This document shows, one piece after another, positions 39,706-53,578 of a stretch of DNA of 64,000 nt. Origin of the DNA: Acanthaster planci (Eukaryota); assembly GCF_001949145.1 (NCBI RefSeq), contig NW_019091360.1, positions 2,912,864 to 2,976,863 of the forward strand, read 5' to 3'. The translations under genes were made by a program, and so were the position numbers. The notes under the pieces were generated by a model. The model was not told where the DNA came from, did not search any database, and saw nothing but the letters and a program-made list of their open reading frames with translations. Every line of letters starts with the position of its first letter. Positions within the stretch are counted from its first letter, which is position 1.

Positions 39706-41813
39706 CTTTAAATGTTGGTCTCTAATTTGTTGCTCCTTTGTTCGGATGAACATCGTGCCGCTTATCTCTGATGATACTAAAATAAAAAAGACGAAACTAT
39801 CTACCTCATGCTTCTGAAATTGAAACTAAAAATCGGTTTAAACTTCTCGGATTGATTCGAAACTTAAAATATGACAGAAACAGAGGCAATATTCATTTCT
39901 GGAAAACCGTTATAGATGACCTTGTTAATTAAAATACAACACAAGACAAAGTTTTAAGGGAACTCCTGAAGGGAAATAACGAATTCAGAGCTTCGATTTG
40001 GAGGCCACTGCATGCGATTTCTGAAGGTATTATACACTGATATTGCGTATACCAAAAAAGAAGACACTAAGTCACACACATACGGTTTTAAAAGCGGCAA
40101 TAATTTATTAACACTGTCCAAAAAGACGGAAGGGAATTTCCAACGTGCTTATTTCTCCTGAGCTAATTTAGAAAATTACTTACTCTGGGGAAACGGCAAA
40201 TATTCTCAGTGAGTCACTTGTCATGAACGTCTCATATCAAAATTTACGCCTGTCATTCTCTCCGTGCTGGCACACTCTCTTGGCTACGTGCCCAGCTCAC
40301 AGCTTTTTTTCGTCTTATCGCGCTTATAGAGGGGGGTTTTGGCAAGGCTCATTAAGAGACTGTCTGGGGCGGGTTAAGACAAACCTTAAATCGTGTGGGG
40401 GGCGCTTCATAGACGCAGATTCGGTTTAAAGCGGAGGGAGAGCTTCATTGATGACGCAAGAAATCAAACTAGTAAGAGCATCACAATCTCATGTGTTTCC
40501 ACGAATCGCTCCTTGCACAGTGTCCAACGAAACAGGGACACAAAACAAAAGGGTTAATTCCACTAAGTTGTGTAATATATCTATGACTATAATCATCCGT
40601 TTGTCACGAAGTAGAAGTAAAATTCAAATGACGTCTTGATGGTGTTCCTTCAATCATGATTCACCGACCAGTAGGCCTAAAAGGGTATGTCAAACGATTT
40701 CAAGCCACGTGCATCTGTAGGCCACCAGAATATACCTCAGGTGTCCTAATGACATTCACATTCAACAGACCTCTCTCATTCAATGTCGTAGTTGTATTTT
40801 TGCGTATCAGCGGCCAGCAAAGTATGGACAACCATCAATACAGCAGCAAGTCAATAATTCATGACGTATTAAAATATTTCATGCAGCTAACAAATATCAA
40901 ATAATTAAGAGTACTAACACCATTTCGAAATGCAACATGAAAATACCAGTGCGGACCAAATGCAGATTTTTTAGGCAAAGCCTATTACCAAACAAAAGGG
41001 ATATTTCTGCAAAGTTTGGCTGTCCACACGAATAATAGGTGATATAAGAGATGTCCATACCGATTTCTCCACGCCATAACACTGTACACCATGTAACGTC
41101 CACTTAGATAAGTCTACGGGAAATAAGGGAACTGGCATTAATTACTACAGAGGCTTTCACGAAAAAAAACTTTTCCTCGGATGACATGTTTCCTGGTAAT
41201 TGATATCAACCTAGTTGCGTAAACTGATGGTACAGCACGGTAGGTAGTTAAATGCATCCGCGTTTGAGGAAATAACTGGTAATGTCCCATTTCTAATTAC
41301 AGAAGGGGTAGCGCGCCCTCATACGGAAAAGCGTCTCAGTATAATGGTAAATTCTGGCCATCGATCCATCGCCTACGCAAAAGTATCTACTCATCTATCA
41401 AAAGTGGCATCGTCATGCAAAGTCAATATTAACCGCTACTACACCTCATAAATATTCATGAGGAATTCAGAGCGCGTCATTGGCCGATTCCAGCTCGCGT
41501 CTGGGAAGGAGAAACGTCATAGCGGTGAGTATCCACCTCGCTGCTGTGCAGTAGTTTTTTTCTGGTAACATCAAAAATCCCTCTGGAACCCGCCGCGTAA
41601 ATATGTAGTCTGAGTCATGTAATCTTTACGGAACCAGTCTGGAGTTGTATCCTAATAACTATTACAGTAAAGTCCCAGAGCGTATGTCAGCACCAGACTA
41701 TTACCCTGTTTCTATGCGCATCTGCATTCCATTATCATTACATGGAAATTTAGCAGCTGAGAAACAACAATCGCGTCTGTGAGTACAAGTAACGTGAGAT
41801 TTCTGTTTATTTA

Positions 41814-41934
41814 GGGAAAATAGTGGGAATTAGTGCATGGTCCCTCGGTGTAGGTCAGTTCGACTACCTCCCTCCACTTCGCGTCGGGAGGTAGTCAAGC
41901 TGACCTATGGGACCAGTAACTCTCACTACTTCCC
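41814..41934. repeat. Palindromic (foldback) element
   Basis: Inner arms TAGGTCAGTTCGACTACCTCCC (41851-41872) and GGGAGGTAGTCAAGCTGACCTA (41886-41907) match 20/22 around loop TCCACTTCGCGTC. Outer arms TGGTCCC/GGGACCA and GGGAAAATAGTG/CACTACTTCCC. Confidence 0.85.
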
Positions 41935-44900
41935 CTCAAACCATGTAGTCATTTCTATACTACCGTGAGTTTTTTGGTTTGCAAAAAACCTTCATCAGTC
42001 TGCTTATTATTTGATTTCCTTTGAGCCACAATGGATGAAACCTGAAACTGCATTTCAATCACAAACAGGTAGATAAATCTTTGAGGCACACACTGACTAC
42101 ATTACTCTAAAAAAAAAAGGACAAATACGATAATAAAATAGAGGATAACAATTCTAGAACTATTTTCATTAAAATACTACCATCTACAAAGATGCATCTA
42201 TTTAACTTTTAGTTTCTTAGTAGTGGTTCTCCACAAATTCTACCACACAAAACTATTAGCTTACACAAGAGCAAAACTGTAAGTTGCAGCAGTAGATAAA
42301 GGTACTGCTCGTTTAAGACTAATTACTTCAGCGCAAAAAACAGTTTCTAAAAGGGAGAAAATCAAATTCTTTTCGGGTCTTACTGATAGTACACGGTGGA
42401 GACTTTCCAGAAAGAGTGGGCAGATCTCTTTTCCCATACTTCAGAATTTGTCCCTCCCGTGTAAGCCAACTGTTCGGCGGATCAGGAAGCCTTAACGATG
42501 GAAAGCAAATAGACGCCTTTCAGAAATCCACTCGACGCTGCGAGAATTGATAGGATTGCAGGGCGTGATCGGCCGAATGAAGAGGGCCGAAATCAAAATG
42601 ATCATGGACAAACACACTGGAAAAAAATCAATTCAACTGTGGATTTTGAACTCACCATTCGCTAGATGGGGAGCCAGGGCGAGACCTCGCTTCGATCTTG
42701 GGTGTCCCCGTGCAGCTTGAAGTGGTATTTCAACGAGTAATCACCCTAAAATAGAAAGAGACGCCATCGGAGCTTGGTAAGAAGGAGATCAATAAGTAGC
42801 TGTAGTCTGCTCAGCTTTGTTCATTTTGCAGGCTTTAAGAGCAACTTCCCACTGCATCCGGTCTCAGATTTCAATAATGACGTATTACAAACAAGCTAAG
42901 CAACGACCATTGACAGCGACTTTGACTTCAATGAGTACTATGAAATCGCACGTTGCACATGGGTGCATTTTTGCTTTTTAATTAAATGAAGACTTAATAG
43001 CCGTTCCCATGCCCAAGGCGACAACAACCGCGTAATTATTCGTAATAGCCTCGTCTACAGAGAAGACATGTCATTAGTCAAAAGACAAAACATCTCAACG
43101 TCGGACAGACAGCTTGATTATGACTCTTTTTATAGAGCGGCGTCGCGAACATTAATAATGTTTCCTGTTCTTGCAAAATTGTAGCGAGCTGCAAGTCGTC
43201 GAAATGCACTGTAAGTCATCGAACCACCGGAGTCAATGGTGTCATCGCGTCCAGAACACGTGCACTCGGTCTTGCGTACACGAACCGACGTGTCGCCCTG
43301 CCCCCTATGGCCCTCAGGGAGTCTTGGCCATTAACACTGTACAATAGACTGGAAGAAATTGCCGCAGGTGGCTGAATGTTTACCATTTTCATGGTTGCTA
43401 CTGCTGAGGACACGTGACAGGTTTATTGGCATTCATGTCATGCCGCTCTGGACCACATCCCCTTAAAAGGCTTGTCAGTCAGGCTTCCAGAATCTAAACG
43501 GACCCAAAGCTAAGAGGACGGTTTCGGAGTTCAACTGAAAGTTTCTGGCGTGACAGACCGTCCATCAGCCTGTAATTCGCTGAATGATTCCAGATTGACA
43601 CGAATTCCTGTAACCTTCCCTCCGTTAGAGCACCGACAATACCCACGCAGTATAATTGGACACAATGGCCATGCTGCACACAACTGGTTTACGAGTGCGT
43701 GTAACGCGGAGTGCGCATGACCGATTTTCACCTCAATCTGCGCAAATCGGTAATGTCTCCGCGCCGCACGAGAGGGACGCACCTGAATTCCCAGCGACAT
43801 GCATTCCAAAAGAGAAAATCAACATTTTACCGCCGGGGGCTGAATTTCTGGTTCAAAACCCACAACACGGGTAGAAGAATGATACTAAAGCTGTCGAAGG
43901 ATAGATGAATCCCGGGTACTGAAAGGGGAAAATAATTCTCCACGACACACGATCCTTTGCAAAGACGCGTTCGCATCCTCATCCAACAATCAATGATTTC
44001 CCTAGAGGCGCCGGCGCCTGGATTGAAATATTCGGTTTGCACAACAGGGAAGTGCTGCAGACAATGCGTTATTTCGACAAAAGGTGGACCATGCATGAGG
44101 GGGAGGGGGAAATCAACCTTGCGCATCGACATTAAATCTTACAGTATTTTGCTGTCGTTAAAGAGCTGGAGCAATGTTCGACATGATATTTATAATAACA
44201 GAAAATGCGAGAAGACACAATCATGCCGGAACAATATGCAAAGCTTAGGGCCAATCACACTGGCGTGAGACGCATGTTCACGTGGGTACTGGACCCCTAT
44301 GCTTCATCAAATTCATAATGGAGAAAGGCAATGGTTGTAGAAACCTGTTGACTATAGAGTTGTTGTTTTATAAATAATAACAGTGAGTTTCCAAATCTCT
44401 ATATATCACTTTGGTATGTCTGTATGTCTCTCTCTGTAGGGTCTGTTTTCTTTAAAAATTACAAAGTTACATGATATTCCAGGTTCTATGCTTCTTCTAC
44501 GTTCCTACAGCGTTTTGTTTCATAAATACCAACTTTTGCCTCGCTCTACCATATCCAATACTGTGCTCTTTCAGACACACAGGTGCATAATGTGTGGGAC
44601 GAAGGTTCCCCTGTTTGTTTTTCCCCTACATAAGAAAATTCACGCATTTCCCTAAAATAATTTGCGCTCACGTCTGATCGGCGTGCCAGGCAATACGTCA
44701 CTACAGCAGGGCAAAAACTCACTGGGAAAATTTTTATGAGTACACTGCATGTGTGACAAACAGTACAGTAATGAGTCCCCTGCCGGCGGGGTGAGAGCAC
44801 AACAACGGTTGCCGTTGGTGTGAAAGCGAAGACACCCGTACCTCTGTGTACTTACACCAGTGGAAGATCATTTACTTTGGTGAGTGGAGTGGACGGGCGA

Positions 44901-45984
44901 TGACTTCATCAGGCACTTTTGTTGGAAGTTCGATATTCCTGTAATGTGGGGTCGTCCCCTCTTATAAAATGAGACAAGCAACAGGCATAAAACGGTCGGA
45001 CGGTTTTCCACGGCTTATTGATTTTCCCAAACGTACACCTTAATTTAGCAGCTAGTGCTCGCTGCCACAAGCGATTCAGTTAAACCAACTGGACTACTCA
45101 TCTGCCAAACAAGACGCTATAGGTGCAGTGCTTGGAGCCTTGAAAAAAAAAGAGGGACTGAAAGCAAGATTTTGTAGCCCGAGAACTGAGAATTATGCCA
45201 GTCATATCACGTTCAGAATCTTTCGTGTAAAAAAAAACGGCCGCATCACAACGATGCTAACTATAGGTCTTCCTTGGCATCCTTATTCTACCTCTGTTGC
45301 ACGCTCGCATAATTTGGTCCTCGTGTTTTAAAGTCGCACGCAGTGACCCCTACGCCGCACTGTATGTTGGGAAAAGATTTACGGACAGCCACGCGTGCAA
45401 AGTTTGCCGTTCCAATGATTGCTACAGTAAACCTTTCAAGGAAAAAAATCATGGGGTAATTTCAAAAGGCCTCGCGCTCTAAGAGACTGAGGGTGGCAAT
45501 TTCAAACTATGACCCCGTCATCACAGGACCTACGGTCGGTTAAATTACTTGAGAGGGCAATCAGCACTGATTAAAAGCTATAGTTGTACTGATCGCGGGA
45601 GGGGGGTGGGATCGGACAGCGCATTCTTGGTGACGTGAGGTGCCCTGCCTACAGCCTTTTAAATACAAACATCAAGGCATCTTAGCTGAGTCTGGGCATC
45701 TCAATCAAGTCCAGGTGTCCCAGATACAATCAAGTATAAAGAATGAGCACCGTTTTCCCCCAAGCGCTCCCTTTGCTGACTATAGAGAGAAATAATTACT
45801 CCCGGATGATGACCCTTTCCGTTAAAGCCTGGAAACTTGGTATTAGCGACGGGAATGCCAAAGTGACAATTTCTTTCCATTCTTTTCATTATGGTGTTTA
45901 ATTTAAAACATCGTGCTTGACCATTTTGACGTTCTTCCATAAGCAAAACACCCGCGGGGCAGACATCTCGATAACTGCATTCTG

Positions 45985-46207
45985 CGTTTTCACGAAGCGA
46001 CGCAACCATGTCTGCCCTTGACACGTACAAAACGTACTGAAAGAAAAGGCCCACAAATTGAGATTTTCGTTTTTCACGAGGAGAAGGCACGTGACTGCAC
46101 GCGTGTAAACATGATCACCTGCCGAGGAGTTCCATATCGAAACACACATTAAACAGAAGAGTCAGAATCTGGCGAAAAGGCTTTTTTCGTTTTCACGAAA
46201 GGGACGC
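45985..46207 (+). repeat. Three iterated CGTTTT(T)CACGA motifs, possibly subterminal repeats of a DNA transposon
   Basis: Copies at 45985 (CGTTTTCACGAAGCGACGC), 46068 (CGTTTTTCACGAG) and 46188 (CGTTTTCACGAAAGGGACGC). Confidence 0.5.
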
Positions 46208-48487
46208 GCATCTTTCCTAATTAATTCCTGCTAATGAACCACTGTTCATCCCCTCAGCACTGGGCTCGTGTAAAAGTTCACCTTTAAAAATACTAAACAT
46301 GCAAAGGCTTCTTTACTACATAAAGGTGTTGCGAAGTAGTGGTTTTTGCAGTTTTAAAATAGAAGAAACTTCTCTTGTCGTTACCTTCAATACCGGTACC
46401 AATTTGTCTTCCAAATCCACGTGTGTCTGCTTGTGAAATTGTGACAAACTTTAAATTAAAAATAGCTAAGGGGTAGTGGGAGGAAGTCAAACAATAGGGA
46501 TTTGAACGATACCTTTTAACTTATTAAACAGACAAAGCAATAATTTTTCTCCATATACACTTCTGAAATCCTACTTCTTAACTCAGCGAAAAATCTGTTA
46601 CCATCCCCTTTCTAATACATAGCAGAAATCTTACTTTCTCGTCTCTACAAAAAGACATTCATTCATCATTGGGATTTATGTCGTGGCATTATTTATGCAG
46701 CCCGTGTGCTTCTGCAGAAACTCTCAAGTAGTATAAAACGGTAAGAAATATAACGTTTCCGTTGAATTCAAACAAATGGGACCTATGTCAAAACAAAGAG
46801 GCCTTCCAACAACTCTTGCAACAGCACGGACACTCTGTTGAAGAATATGGATCGCCTCGGGAAAAAAGGGGAGGAGTCCGCCCACGAGTAGGCCACGCGT
46901 TTCTGGGAAGAGATCAATACAGAATGGTGTCTTGAAGGTCGGCGTGCAAGATCAACCATCCCCACTACAAGTGGTGTGTGACAATCCTCTTACCGAGGCG
47001 GAGGGATCAACTCACAAAAAACCCTTAATCTGTCTGGGGTACAGCCTATTAATTCAGCGAGGTGAAGACGTACGTGCAAAATAATCTACTTGGCCCGACG
47101 GCGCTTCGCAGAGAGGAAACGGGAAACAGAAGGTGACGGGAGAAACGGAATGACACTTGCCCGCCGATAAAAATGGAGATGCCCATCAGCAATCAGGGAT
47201 CACTCGGGAAGCAGACAAGACTCGACGAGGAGAAAAATGGAGAGACTTAGCCGCGCTCGCCGGGGGAGGTGGATGACAGGCCTCCGGGCAGCGCATAAAA
47301 ACGACCCAGGCTGTCACTTCCTTGCCAGTCCCCAGTGCAAGGCGTGCAGAGATGGCCAGGAAATTCGTCCCAAATGAAAAATTATTTATTGACTAGTGCG
47401 GCCGCGTTCGACAGCACCGCAGCACATGCAAATTTCACCGGAGGGATGAGAGCGACCGGGTAAAACGAAGACGACCCGTTAATACCTCACGGGGTAGACC
47501 GCTCGGAGCTGAAATGATAAATGTTTAACAACAACGTGATGCGATGAAGATGCGGGGGAGACAAGGGGAAATGAGGTGATAAGGAAGAGGAGAAAGCAGG
47601 CTATGGAAAAGAACAGGGAAAAGGCAAGGTTATCGGTGCGAAAAGTGAGCCGTGCCACAATGACAAATAGATATGCATTTTCACCAGACAGTTAAACCAA
47701 ACAACATCAACATCCAAGAACAAGAAAGGCATCTAGTGAAAAGGAAAGAGAAAGTTTTCAAAAAAAAAAAAAGATGCAAGAAGAGAGCCTGATCTCATAG
47801 TGCCGATTTGAACAACAAACGAGAAACTAATGATGTCCTTCAAGTATAAAAATAGTAACTCGCCATTATCCCAGTCCTCATTATTTCCCGATCGGAGAGT
47901 GTCTTGTTTTGAACATGATATAGCAATCCCAAGTGCAAACTGGCCGTTAGGACTTGTTTCTCTTTCTTCACAGAGCATGTAAAAAGCCACCCAACGTAGC
48001 CTCATCCCCAAGAAAGGCCGTAAAAGTTTACATGAAATATTAACAAAATTTTGCCCCCCCCCCAAGTGTCTCCCCAGCTACGACTGTGTCTACTGTATTT
48101 AAAACTGGCAAAGGCCTGAACCTAGCTGGACACAGGATCGGGACTAGGCTAGGGCCCTAAGTTCAACCCCATCTTAAGCATGCTCAAATTTCCCTGCATG
48201 ATGACCTACGAGTGTGAATCGGTGGAGTTTAAGCTCCCTGAGCATTATGCCCATTACTTAGTCACGCTCCCTTTCTCTGCTTAAAAGTATAATCCTAGAA
48301 ATTCTTATCCAAGAAAATTAGGGAACAGGCGAAAAATACCTAGAACTGAACAATAAGGCGTCCCTGTGCGAGCGAGATACCATGCGTTTTAGCTTACAAA
48401 CGCCTTCCCATTCTGGCAATACATCGCGTTTGCGCGCGCGCGAATAGGTTCGCGCACCAAAGGCGCGTGACACTCCGGTACAATTTC

Positions 48488-48663
48488 AATACAGGCGATT
48501 CACAATAGTGCGCCTCCAAGAGTCTATTACGCGTCAGCCAATCAAACCGCGCGAAATCTGTCGACCCTTTCTAAATGCGTATTGGGTCGACAGATTTTGC
48601 GCACTGTGGTTGGCCAACGCGCTGCAAACTCTTGGAGGCACACTATTGTGAAACGTCCATATT
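48488..48663. mobile_element. Palindromic MITE family A, copy 1 (inverted relative to copies 2 and 3)
   Basis: AATACAGGCGATTCACAATAGTGCGCCTCCAAGAGT ... ACTCTTGGAGGCACACTATTGTGAAACGTCCATATT; arms continue inward to GTCGACCC/GGGTCGAC around a 16-nt loop. Confidence 0.92.
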
Positions 48664-48819
48664 GGACTGTATAGGATTTCTTCGTGCGTTCCAGTGAATT
48701 GCGTTAAACCCACAAATTTCTCTTTTTTGGCAGGTGAAAGGGAACTGTAGGCCTACGTGTTGAACGGATTGTCTTCTACCGAAACTACCAAGTTGTATCA
48801 CCGGAACCCGCAGTGTGAC

Positions 48820-49660
48820 TGAGGCGAAGAAATCGGTCTCCGAAGAGATTTCCATTGTTGCTGAGGATCTCATTACCGTCAAAGGCAAATGACGAACGGA
48901 AAACGGGTCCTCTTGTTAAATGATGGCAAGCAGGTGTCTGGCTGGCCGCTGATATCATTTTTCATCAGTCGTTCCTCAAAGATATGGAGAGGGGTTATCT
49001 TTCTGCAGTACACGACGCAGCCGACAGACACTAAGAATTTTATGCGGAAGGTCCACCTTACAATCCCCGAGCAGGACCAAGCGCGGGCACAATTTTCCTA
49101 GCAACAGTGGCTCCTTTGGTTGGAACTGCAATTCGCTGGTTCACAACCGACTATGAAATGCACACGTTACGGTCGCGGCGCTACCAGCAAAATGAACACT
49201 CCAGAGCAACATGGCTATTTTCAACCGATGAGGGGGCCGAAGCGGGTGCAACAAGGCCAAAACCATACAGGGCTTGAAGTTTCAATATTAAGGGCGCAAG
49301 GGGTGGACATACACTTCTACAAGGACAACAGCCAGCTCGCACTCTTAATCTCAGTGAAGAAGGCAGCAGATGCCTTCAGATTTCAAGGAGAAACCTCTGA
49401 CAGCAAAATCTAGTTCCGCTCTATTCCAGTTACTCTCACAATCACCTTTTTAAAAAAACTGTGAGACAAAGGCAGATGGTCAACACGTGAAGTCAAATCA
49501 AGATTGTCTTTCCGTACACAAACAGCCAAATTTTGACTGCCATACAAAATGAGATGGACTCGGTAGAGGTTGTCAGGTCCCTGGCAGAACATGGTGGTGT
49601 ACAAGGGGTATGCAGTTTAGAAACAGTCAGCCATCTCTCAAATTACACTACATTCACTGA
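48820..49660 (+). pseudogene. Degenerate L2-like RT remnant surrounding repeat B copy 4
   Basis: NGKRVLLLND (~DxGxxVxLxxLD) upstream; SILRAQGVDIHFYKDNSQL (~IIRxHGxxxHxYADDTQL) and FQGETSDSKI*F (~LQxCxxDIxxW) downstream. Confidence 0.5.
49059..49247 (+). repeat. Dispersed repeat family B, copy 4
   Basis: TACAATCCCCGAGCAGGACCAAGCGCGGGCACAATTTTCC...CTATGAAATGCACACGTTACGGTC...ATTTTCAACCGATGAGGGGG. Confidence 0.9.
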
Positions 49661-51169
49661 GAAGGGATCAGTTCGATGGAATGAAGAGTCCAATACTCGC
49701 ATATTTCAATAAAAATATTCGAATGGATTCCACTTCAATATTCTATTGACCTGCTGCATGGAAATGCGCCTTGATGAGGGATGGTAATGATTGATTCGTG
49801 TGCATGGGGGCGGATGAGGAAATAATCCACGCTGTCCTTGAAACGCAATCCTAAGCATAAATACAACGATAAATCGTCTCTTTCACGATCATTAAACCTA
49901 ACTTTTCAGTGTTCAATTCCAGGCTTCTAGATTTCCACTGCACAAATCCAGATTTTGTTTTTAAGAACTGCGTATGGATTTAGTGATATCTGGGCATTTC
50001 TATATCTCTGAAGTGTTGATCCAATCAGGGGGTTTCACCATCCCTATTTACGCATGGTTATGCAAAACTTTCATGTTTTGATAGAATGATTGCAAATTAA
50101 ACTTGTAGCGTGACTGATACGTGCACATGATTTTATGATGTCAAATCGTGAGACCAAAGTTAGACACGGCAAGTAAAAAGATGTACTTTGGTGCTGCTGG
50201 TAAAACCCCGTTAAAGAAAATGGATTCTCACGACATGTATTTTTCCTTTTCGTTTGTTAACCTTTCTAGAAAAGTAACCCCAATCATCCTAGTTCATTAT
50301 GCAAATTTCCAGTTATTATAGGTGTGAAAGTCTGTCTGACACTACAAATAAATTATCACGAGTGAGTTATAAGCAAATACGGTTGTCATCGTTTCACAAT
50401 TTACACGGCGCGACTACAATGGTTGGCTATTTCCTCTCAACGGCGAATGCATCAGCGTTTCCTTTTAAGGCTGTCTAATTATGGCCAGCAGGATTCTTCG
50501 TGCTGCGCTGCTCGGGGTGCTGCCAACGATCTTGGGCGGACCCAACTCATTATTGCGCGGGGCCTTCGCGGAATTTCCAGGCATGCAAAATCTTGCACGT
50601 GCCAATTTTAATTTTTCCTGGGCCCCATACAGTATATTGTCCATTAGAGTGATAACAGACGACAGTCAGCGGGACGGATCAAACGTTCCAGGCCGGCTTC
50701 CTGCAAGATATTGCCTCCTAAAAGGTCTCAATGACACTCAGTGACGTGGGGCTTGTCCGATATATAATAATCATTTGGCCAAGTAGAAAAAAGTCTTCAA
50801 TATTATTTTGATGACACATGATCCTATCTGGTTCTAGTAAATGTTTATAGTTCACATTTATTAGAATGACTTCATCCAGGTCTCAGAAATAATTTGAGTG
50901 ACCACATGGATAGCTTAGACGATTGGATAGATCAGAGTATTACAAAATAGCTTACAAAACTGGACCTATATGCTCTCTGTAATGGTAAAAACGCTCCTTG
51001 TCAATATCCAGCAAACTTCTAAAACTTGAGAGCAATCTCAGGAGCTTCAGGAGTTCAAACTGTCCAAAGGATTAATCCGAAAGATTATCTCCATTCCGAG
51101 ATGGAGATAAAAGAGACATACCGCAGACCATTCCCGACAAATGCAGCCGTGTACCCACAGAACGACTGA

Positions 51170-51219
51170 GAATAAGTCGATTCGAATAACTGATTATTCG
51201 AGTATTCGGCACAGCCCTA
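51170..51219. mobile_element. Possible hAT-type non-autonomous element end
   Basis: GAATAAGTCGATTCGAATAACTGATTATTCGAGTATTCGGCACAGCCCTA: CGAATA/TATTCG subterminal repeats with reverse-complement terminus TAGGGCTGTGCC. Partner end not found. Confidence 0.5.
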
Positions 51220-53578
51220 GCATCGACGTCGAATGTCTGCGCACATGTATCAGACGAAAATGAGAGTCGAGTCTTCTAAGTCAGCATGCAACAATCACAA
51301 AATTTATAAGCAGGGATCCGTATCAACCACGACCGAAGTACTTTGTTAAAGGGGAGGTGTAAACCAGGAAATTGAAAATAAGAAGCACTTAAAAATAAAA
51401 TTAGACGTAAAATTAATGCCAGTTCGGGTTCGCCAAATCATCCTAATACATTTATATACAAATAATTTGTGTCTCAAAAAATCACAATTGAAATTTGAAA
51501 CCATTTTGCAAAGCTTAGACGGAAAGGGGGCAGATGGCCTACACCCGCTGAGCGAAATCGGAAAGCCACAGTTCCGGTCGATAAACGCGCTTGTCTTACG
51601 GGGGTAATGCAGTGCCAAGGAGACGCCCCCATAAGATTATCAAACGGGTACGGCGTTCAGGCGCAGGCCATTTCCTGCGTCAAAGGGGGGAGACAATATT
51701 TCATGAGTTCACTCCTCCTGGAAGCCAGCCTCGTGGCATGCAGTATACAGGGCCCTTGTGCTGACTTGGATCAATAATCGATTCCCTGCCATTCCGATTC
51801 ACCTGCCTTGCCATCTCTGGCTCAACGGCCGGACTTTTCCTCTTGCCCCCCTGAGGACAACAGCGGGGTGGATTTACGCCCACTTGGAAGAGGATGCCGA
51901 CATCGATTACTCGTTTTGTCCTGCTTGGTGACTCTTGCACGCTGAGGCCAGAGTGCGTCAGGCACGTGACCTAGCCACCAATGCAGTGTTTATTATCTAT
52001 TTTTTTCATTAATACCTGTAAATATCTTCTGGGGGAAAACAAAAAAACTTTCCTTCGATAATGGTACAAACAGGTGACCGAAACTGCTACATTAGTTTGA
52101 ATAATCCTTCCTCAATCAAATTATTCACTCTATTTATTCAGAAACTAATATATATTTTGTTGTTGTTGAAGGAACCTTGTAGCTTTTGTTTCAGTCTGGT
52201 CCCCTCCATACACCACCCTGTGTATTTATGCTATATTTGTGCTACCTTACAACTGTTGTAATGAATGAAAGTGACTAATATCATATCAAATTGAGTAGGG
52301 TAATTACAACCCTCATTAACGTTTGAACGACTGACAATATTTTTCACAGATAAGCTAAATAGTTTTATCAGTTTGACCTAGTTTGTTAGTTTGATCTAAA
52401 GCTTTACTCGGTTTCGTAGAAGGGATGATTGGCGATAGTAATTAAGAGATAAAATTTCTCCACACGAGAAAAGCACGTTTCTGCGAAGACAAGCAATATA
52501 TCCGATGATCACATTTTCAAAAAATTTCGGAAATGTCTTCCATCGTTACCATTTTTCCTTACAAGGGCTTGCTTCACAATCTTACAAACTTCACGAGCAG
52601 ATGAAAAGTTGTCTGAAATTTCATTTCAAAATTCGGACTAGGCCAGTATTGTGGCATTTTTAGAGCCTGGTTGTAAATAAACAATTTTTGTTTGTCGCAA
52701 ATAGGCACTGAGGTGCGTCACTCTGCACTCAATTAAATTTTTGGACTCGGCCACCAATGCAACTTCAGGTGCACAAATTTAATTCCTTAGAATTCCCATT
52801 CTTAGCCACTGCATCCAAATGAAAAGAAGTAATTTAATTGCAGGCGGTAGATGAACAGACAGATTGGGGCAACAATGGTCTCCTTCATTTTCTGCAGAAT
52901 ACAAGCATGGCGCCTTAGGAACAGTGACGTCATAGTCAGTACCAGTCATGAGCATCTGGCGAAAATCGGCGGCTTTTTCCCAGGGCGGGTTCTGCCACAC
53001 ATACACAATGGTTCCCGTAATCATGCCTAGCAACGCACTTGCCCCTTACATCGATTTCCAGCGGTGGCTAACCTTGTGAAAATCTCAGGTTCGCCAGGCC
53101 GTTCATGATTGAAATAACATTATGCACCGTTTGAGGCAGCTTGAAGTAATCATGTCGACATACGGCCTCAGGGTTTACTTTTGACTTTAGTTTGACGTTA
53201 AAATGATGTGTGCTTGTTTAATTTAATTTTTCTGGCAATGGCACAGTCAGTCATAAGACTTGGCATTCTATCGTCACAGAATTTTTGATATAAACCCTGT
53301 ACAAGTAGTCCAACACAGTACAAAGCTTAATGAACACACACAATACATTACTTACATCATTATTGACTTGTGAACGTTTTCCGACTCATTAGGCTGTTAT
53401 TTTGGTCAACATGAAACTAAATTATGAGTGCAAGGAACTATCCAATACGTGGCTCGAAACCAAAATATTACTGTTACACTAAAATAGTTAAGGAAGGTGT
53501 TACAACATCAGTGAGCAATGCCTCAAAATATTTGACACGAAACATGGTACGGAGGGGAAAAAAACATAATTGTCACCT

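Noticed and set aside
42620..42690. tRNA or tRNA-derived SINE head on the minus strand (B-box-like GAGTTCAAAATCC)
   Set aside because: No matching A-box or cloverleaf found.
51346..51510. Kolobok-like left end (TTAA|AGGGG)
   Set aside because: No matching right end found; signal too short.
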